From Bacteroidota bacterium (lineage in GTDB: Bacteria; Bacteroidota; Bacteroidia; Palsa-948): DNA of 64,000 nt. Under the pieces are notes generated by a model. That model was not told the DNA's origin. It did no database searches and saw only the letters and a program-made list of their open reading frames with translations. Position 1 is the stretch's first letter, and each line of letters begins with the position of its first letter. The DNA lies in the NCBI GenBank assembly GCA_003164895.1, contig PLUL01000055.1, forward strand, positions 2,989 to 66,988. Reading direction: 5' to 3'. Below are positions 58,520 to 64,000 of this stretch, in pieces. The translations under genes and the position numbers were made by a program.

Positions 58520-59221
58520 CTAATTTTTACTTTTAAGCAATTGCCTGATATCGGCTATGAGTTTATTAACATCTGATGAATCTGTACCTGCATAAACACC
58601 TCTCAAATTACGATTAAAATCTACTAATGCAAATAGCTGAGTGTGTACAAAATCACCTTTGCCTCCATCGCCACTATCTGCTGATAGCAAATAACCAGTT
58701 CGCACCATATCATAGATTTCCTTTTTGTTCCCGGTAACAAAGTGCCAACGATTTGCATCGGCATCATGATTTTTTGCATACGTTGCCAACACATTTACGG
58801 AATCATGTTCAGGAAAAACGGTATGAGATAGAAAAGATACTCTTGGTTCATTCTTAAATGTTTCAACTACACGCTGCATTTGTTTTGTCATTTTAGGGCA
58901 GATACTTGGGCAGGTAGTAAAGAAAAAATCCGCAACATATATTTTTCCGTTAAAGTCATCATTGGTAATTTTTTTTCCTGTTTGATCAACAAAAGAAAAA
59001 TTTTGCACTCTGTGAGGAATAGAATCTTGCACATCATTTCCATCTTTATGAATTGTAACATGTGTCCATTTACCTAAAAAAGGAAGCGGCTGCAAAGAAT
59101 TGTTCTTGTGAAGATTCGAAAAAACTACAATACAAAATACTATCACGGCAAGTAGTAATACTCCGGCGAGAAGCGCATGGTCTTTTGTAATGATTATTTT
59201 TTGATTATCTGAGTTTTCCAT
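58520..59221 (-). CDS. SCO1/SenC copper chaperone
   Basis: TM anchor, 'DFFFTTCPSICP' (CxxxC), 'W.FVTG', 'FVHT..FALVD', 'RG.Y'. Confidence 0.93.
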   Translation of the reverse strand: MENSDNQKIIITKDHALLAGVLLLAVIVFCIVVFSNLHKNNSLQPLPFLGKWTHVTIHKDGNDVQDSIPHRVQNFSFVDQTGKKITNDDFNGKIYVADFFFTTCPSICPKMTKQMQRVVETFKNEPRVSFLSHTVFPEHDSVNVLATYAKNHDADANRWHFVTGNKKEIYDMVRTGYLLSADSGDGGKGDFVHTQLFALVDFNRNLRGVYAGTDSSDVNKLIADIRQLLKSKN

Positions 59222-59416
59222 TTTAAAGTTGATTCAAAAGAAATCAAACGTATAATCGAATATTTTATTTGAACTCAAAATTACAAATATAAATTTTAAG
59301 TTTTATTTCAATAAAAAATTTGCCAATTAGTCTTATATTGCATCGTGAAATCACAATGGCTTAATCTCCGACTCTTTCTTAATTTTGTGTGGTGAAATAT
59401 ATTATTTTTTGAGAGT

Positions 59417-60283
59417 ATGATATTATTATACGAGCATGAAAAGTGGGAGACGATAAAAGAATTTTTGTCGGTTTTCATGTTTCCCAATGTTTTCTTCCAT
59501 TATCTATATTTTATATTTTCTTTATTGGAAGTAATCGGCTTATTTCTATTTTGGAAAATCAATCGCAAAAAAAATCTGTCCGAGGAAAAATTTAAAATTA
59601 GTACTCGTTATGAAATGCAAAAAAAAAATTACTCATTGGTATTTGCAGCGAGTGTTTTGCAGTTTGTGTTATGTCCAATTTTAATTCTGACTCTTCCATC
59701 AGGAGAGATGAGTTGGGATTTAATGTTAAACATTTTTACAGGTGCATTTATTTCTTTACCGGCAATGTATTGGATTTATAAAGCAATTGCAGGATTACCC
59801 GAGAACATTGAAAAGAATTTTAAAAAAGTAGTGATATGCCTGATCATCACTATTTCATTCATGGGGTTGAGCAGTTGTTTTTACTATTATAATTCCTTAA
59901 CTCCCGATCAAAAATTAACAATACTCAAAACAGAAAACATTTTAAATGTTTTAAATGAAGCAAAAAAGAAATGTGTATTTGGAGATACATGCAAACATCC
60001 GGAGTTGGAAAAATTTGAAATCGACGAATCATTAGGTGATGTAGCAAAAGGAGCAGCTATTTTTAAACAAAACTGTTCACCTTGTCATGGAAAAGATGTG
60101 AAGGTGGTTGGTCCGCCATTAACCGAAATTATTTCTTTATACCACGACAATGCCGAAGGATTAAAACAATGGATAAAAATACCTGGAAAAAAACGAGCTA
60201 ACTTCCCTCAAATGCCAACTCTTTCACAATTAACAGATGATGACAGGAATGAAATCGCAAAATATATTTTATCAATTAAATAA
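59417..60283 (+). CDS. Membrane protein with C-terminal monoheme cytochrome c (possibly 5'-truncated)
   Basis: About four TM helices, then 'GAAIF.QNCSPCHG...VGPPL...WI..PGKKR..FPQMP'. Confidence 0.8.
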   Translation: MILLYEHEKWETIKEFLSVFMFPNVFFHYLYFIFSLLEVIGLFLFWKINRKKNLSEEKFKISTRYEMQKKNYSLVFAASVLQFVLCPILILTLPSGEMSWDLMLNIFTGAFISLPAMYWIYKAIAGLPENIEKNFKKVVICLIITISFMGLSSCFYYYNSLTPDQKLTILKTENILNVLNEAKKKCVFGDTCKHPELEKFEIDESLGDVAKGAAIFKQNCSPCHGKDVKVVGPPLTEIISLYHDNAEGLKQWIKIPGKKRANFPQMPTLSQLTDDDRNEIAKYILSIK

Positions 60284-60378
60284 ATCAACCGCGATGATGT
60301 TTGAACAAGGAATAATAGTGAAGATTATAAAAACAAACTTAACTTCGCCTAACTTCTGTTAAAGCAATATGTTCACTA

Positions 60379-61872
60379 ATGAAAAGAGCAATTAAAATAT
60401 CTATTGCTTTGTTAATGGTACTTAAATCTTTATTTCTGTCTGCTCAGACATCTCATAAAGATTCCATCAATACTATTGTTCAACTTCTGGAAAAGGAAGA
60501 TCGGATATCTATCAATAAGTATTTGAAATTTACCAGTAAAAATGCCTCCCAATTATTTAGCAAAGCAACTAAAGAAGATTTAATAAATCTTACTCAATAC
60601 GTTTCACCCAAGGTGCGAGCGTATTCCATCTATTATCTTACTCAGAAATATTCCGAATTACATTTTGTTAACTTGATAAAAGAACATTTGAATGACACCG
60701 AAACAGTGCAGCTGATGCATTGGGCTGATCCTGATGACGGCTGTATCCCACCCTATTACGCAGCAGACGGTGTGGGAGAATTATTTGTTGCATTCATTGG
60801 CAGCTCCGATATAGGAGAGCTTCCCATTAAGGAGACAGTGGAATTTAAACCGTACCTTAAAGACACAATTAATTTGCAAGTAATAGACAGCATATTGATC
60901 TGTGTCCCCAATAAGTTAAAACAAACTGTGAATTTATTTTGTAATGCTCCAGCCAAAAAAAATTATTATGAGAGTGTGAAAAAACAGGTGAAGGAAAAAC
61001 AGAATCAAGATGCGGTAATTTATTTATCGAAATACAAAAAAAATAATGATCTGGATTTGATTCTGAATAATCTTCCCGACAATAATTCGCAGGAAGAAGC
61101 ACAGAAGTTTTTTTCCATTTTTCAAAATTTTCATCACCCAAAATTGTTCAAGTATCTATCTGACAACATGGCAAAATATTACCAAGATCCTTTTTTTCTC
61201 AATGCTATTAGCGGATATAAAAACAAGGAAGCGCTTCTCTTATTACAGCGGGCATGGCTTCAAACAGATGCGGACGGTTTAGATAAACAAAAAAATAATT
61301 TTGTAAAACAAGAAATCATTACTTCCATAAAAAATAATTTTACAAAAATTTATGCTCCTTTTTTATTCGTAAAGTTTGAGGCAGATCCTGATGGATATTC
61401 TCGTATGCCATCTGATTTATGGAAAGTAGATGCCGATAGAACGTATCGTTATCTATTAAAATGTATCTATGCTCAAAATGAGAATAGTTATTTGCGTGCA
61501 TATACTTTCGGACAAGTGTTGCAGATTCTTCAGCAAGATGCGCCTGCTTACATTGATGATTTATTAACGAATCATTTGCAACCGGGCGCAGACCGGCATT
61601 GTTTTGTGAACAGTATGAAATATATCTATGCCAGTAAGGATAAAAAATATGTAATTCCTCTAATGGATCTTCTTAAAAAAGAAAAAAATAAAATTAATTC
61701 TCATGTGATGATAAAAATTTTAACATCTTATAATAATCTGACAGTAAATCAGCAATTGGAAAAATTATTTACAGAATGTCCAGCCCTAAAATCATCGTTG
61801 GCATCAGATGTGGAGGCAAATAAAATCTATAGAGGAATAGAATATGAGGCTTCTAAAATAAAAGGGCAATAA
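60379..61872 (+). CDS. Hypothetical secreted helical-repeat (HEAT-like) protein
   Basis: Signal peptide ending LSA-Q; 'LINLT...SPKVRAYSI..L' HEAT-like unit; 497 aa. Confidence 0.7.
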   Translation: MKRAIKISIALLMVLKSLFLSAQTSHKDSINTIVQLLEKEDRISINKYLKFTSKNASQLFSKATKEDLINLTQYVSPKVRAYSIYYLTQKYSELHFVNLIKEHLNDTETVQLMHWADPDDGCIPPYYAADGVGELFVAFIGSSDIGELPIKETVEFKPYLKDTINLQVIDSILICVPNKLKQTVNLFCNAPAKKNYYESVKKQVKEKQNQDAVIYLSKYKKNNDLDLILNNLPDNNSQEEAQKFFSIFQNFHHPKLFKYLSDNMAKYYQDPFFLNAISGYKNKEALLLLQRAWLQTDADGLDKQKNNFVKQEIITSIKNNFTKIYAPFLFVKFEADPDGYSRMPSDLWKVDADRTYRYLLKCIYAQNENSYLRAYTFGQVLQILQQDAPAYIDDLLTNHLQPGADRHCFVNSMKYIYASKDKKYVIPLMDLLKKEKNKINSHVMIKILTSYNNLTVNQQLEKLFTECPALKSSLASDVEANKIYRGIEYEASKIKGQ

Positions 61873-61941
61873 TTGTATTTCACTATTTTTGATAGAAAAG
61901 ATTTTGTAAAGAGTAACCGCCTAATCGTCTTGTTCTGAATG

Positions 61942-64000
61942 CTACTTGTGGCTCAATATTGATACATTGCCTTTGAGAACATTAGGAACAATTCCTTTCA
62001 GTCGAATGTCGTTTACAACGCAGATATAATAATATACTCCGTCAGCACACATCATATTTGTTTGCGAACTTTTTCCATCCCACATAATTTCCGGATTGGT
62101 AGTATGGAAAACCAAAATTCCCCAACGGTCATAAATTTTAATGTCAATATCTTTCACATATTTATACGGATGAATTGGCGTGAACCAATCATTCGCCCCG
62201 TCACCATTAGGAGTAAATACATTCGGAAGTTGATAGGACGGGCAATTATCAACACATACAATATTGCTGTAAGCGCTTTGATTGCCAACTGAATCTACCG
62301 AAGCCACCGCATAACATCCGGCTATAGATTTTAAACCATCATACAAAAATTGTGTGGTTTGAATATTGCGAATTGTGTCAATCGCAGACAAATCTCCTCC
62401 CTGAGTTGGAGAGAAATATATAATGTAATACAATGCGTCAATACAGTTAGGACATGAGCTGCAAAATATTGAATTCGGATTTGTCCATTTAAGAAGATTT
62501 TGGCTGAGTTCGCAGCTTGAATCAACGGCAAGTAAATTTGCGCACGGTGGTGTACGATCTTCCGGTGTGCAGCAAAGTTCTTCCGACCAGTTAATAAGCG
62601 GATGCGGAAGTGCGGTGTCGCCATAATGCCCGATGCTTTTTATTTTATAACAATAAGATTTTCCGTTGGAAAGATTGCTGTCGGTAAAAGTTTGCAAATT
62701 AGTTTTGCCGATAGAATCCCATCCATTTGAAATATTTTTTCTAAAAACGGTAAAGCTGTCATTCGTCCACGGAACATTTGTTTGCCAGCTTAACTGCATT
62801 TTTCTGCTTTGACCTGTTTGGCAAGAGAGAAAAACCGAAGACGCATTTTGTGTTGGACAAGAATCGGTTGACGAAGGATAATAAAAATCCACACGATAAG
62901 TATAAGGATGGCTCGATGTATTAAGTCCGTTATCCAAATACGATGTTGAATCAAGCGTGCTAAACCAAGGACTTGTGAAAGTTTTGATAGTTTGAAAATT
63001 CGAATTTGTAAATCCGATTGCCCGAAGTACAATAAAACTATATGGACCGTGAACTCCAGTCGCTGTTGAATCAAAATCGGCAGGATCAGCCAAAGGTTTT
63101 ACCCACTTCACATTTATTTGTCCGCTTGTAGCGCTTGTTGAAATAACATCCACATTGGTGATGATAGGCACATCGCGCACCAAATGCTGGCACACAGGAT
63201 CTGAACAATAACTTTCTGCGCCATCGTGGTACAAAGCTACCACGCGATAAGAATAATTTCCGCCGGGGGTCAATCCAACACCTCCGTTGTTATCGGTATA
63301 AGTAGTTACATTATAAGGCACAGTTGCAATGAGCGTGTAACCCCACGATGCCGGAACTCCGGTTTCGCAATAGTTGTGCTTTAATGTATCGCAGCCAATC
63401 TTTCGGTAAATTTCGTATTTGTTGAGAAAATTTCCGGTGTGGTTATTGCAAAAAACAGTATCCCAATTTAATTTCATTTCAGAACATTTTGGTACAACTG
63501 TAAGATTTTTTGGCGCAGGTGCAATTACCGTAATATTAAATGTTTTGTAATCGGAAAGATAAACAGGTACTGGAGAATCCGGACGTCCGTCATCCACTGC
63601 GGTTAATTGAATATTGTAAGGAGTGTTTCTCACCTGCAAGCAAGTGGGTGTCCATGAAAAAGTTCCCACCACGATTGTGGAATTATTGACAGGCGGAAGA
63701 GTAGGACTTGTTGAAAACGTAGCCGATGGATTAACATTGAACGGATCGCCTGTTGCTATGAACGATTGAATATTAAAACCATTGGGATTAATAGCTGTAT
63801 CGGTGATTGTGAACACTGTATTGGCTAAAATACAAGTATCGTTTACCGGAGTAACTATTGGCGGATTGTGATGGCAATCGTAAACCAGCACTTGCATATC
63901 TCTGCGCACCGTGCCAACCAAAACATATTGCCCATATACTTTTTTCCAATCTTGGATGTCAATAGCATAATTATATTGATACGGGAGAGAATAACCCGAT
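61942..64000 (-). CDS. T9SS type B cargo with FN3-like domains and gliding-motility-associated C-terminal domain (5' partial)
   Basis: Frame stays open to the window edge (SGYSLPYQYNYAIDIQDWKK...RRDMQ). FN3-like 'YEIYR...Y.D...Y.YRV'. C-terminal 'LPNVFTPNGDGAND.F...IYDRWG...WDG...DGVYYY'. Confidence 0.9.
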   Translation of the reverse strand, partial: SGYSLPYQYNYAIDIQDWKKVYGQYVLVGTVRRDMQVLVYDCHHNPPIVTPVNDTCILANTVFTITDTAINPNGFNIQSFIATGDPFNVNPSATFSTSPTLPPVNNSTIVVGTFSWTPTCLQVRNTPYNIQLTAVDDGRPDSPVPVYLSDYKTFNITVIAPAPKNLTVVPKCSEMKLNWDTVFCNNHTGNFLNKYEIYRKIGCDTLKHNYCETGVPASWGYTLIATVPYNVTTYTDNNGGVGLTPGGNYSYRVVALYHDGAESYCSDPVCQHLVRDVPIITNVDVISTSATSGQINVKWVKPLADPADFDSTATGVHGPYSFIVLRAIGFTNSNFQTIKTFTSPWFSTLDSTSYLDNGLNTSSHPYTYRVDFYYPSSTDSCPTQNASSVFLSCQTGQSRKMQLSWQTNVPWTNDSFTVFRKNISNGWDSIGKTNLQTFTDSNLSNGKSYCYKIKSIGHYGDTALPHPLINWSEELCCTPEDRTPPCANLLAVDSSCELSQNLLKWTNPNSIFCSSCPNCIDALYYIIYFSPTQGGDLSAIDTIRNIQTTQFLYDGLKSIAGCYAVASVDSVGNQSAYSNIVCVDNCPSYQLPNVFTPNGDGANDWFTPIHPYKYVKDIDIKIYDRWGILVFHTTNPEIMWDGKSSQTNMMCADGVYYYICVVNDIRLKGIVPNVLKGNVSILSHK

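Noticed and set aside
59345-59395. Small GTG-started ORF (MKSQWLNLRLFLNFVW) upstream of the cytochrome c gene
   Set aside because: No supporting structure or recognisable similarity; short ORFs like this arise by chance.
59972-59998. Second heme site in CVFGDTCKH
   Set aside because: Not a CxxCH motif; only CSPCH is canonical.

Overview
AT-rich, gene-dense chromosomal segment from a Bacteroidota bacterium. The assignment rests on type IX secretion (T9SS) cargo proteins at both edges, a PorU2/PorV2-like pair, the rplM-rpsI-rpsB-tsf operon, an alpha2-type GlyRS, and TAnnTTTG -7 promoter boxes without evident Shine-Dalgarno motifs. Most genes are housekeeping (pheT, queA, ispD, rlmN, lepA, purS, rfbA, rimK, accB, pyrC, acs, lnt, gpsA, polA, ribE), with single AT-rich orphans between them. 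I saw no tRNA, rRNA, CRISPR array, transposase or phage gene. The most interesting signals are small. (1) A porin-mgtA operon is preceded by a promoter, a 12-aa MDP-starting leader ORF and two stems, one covering the porin initiation region: a candidate Mg2+-responsive attenuator. (2) Degenerate 7-8-nt tandem arrays, sometimes as inverted pairs, sit in-frame in protein loops and signal peptides. (3) A REP-doublet-like element has two arms that differ only by three compensatory base pairs. (4) A 20-bp-period GATTACAC/GTGTAATC element lies just upstream of three genes. (5) Several promoters appear to give leaderless or near-leaderless transcripts. All calls come from reading the sequence and recognising motifs; no database searches were run.
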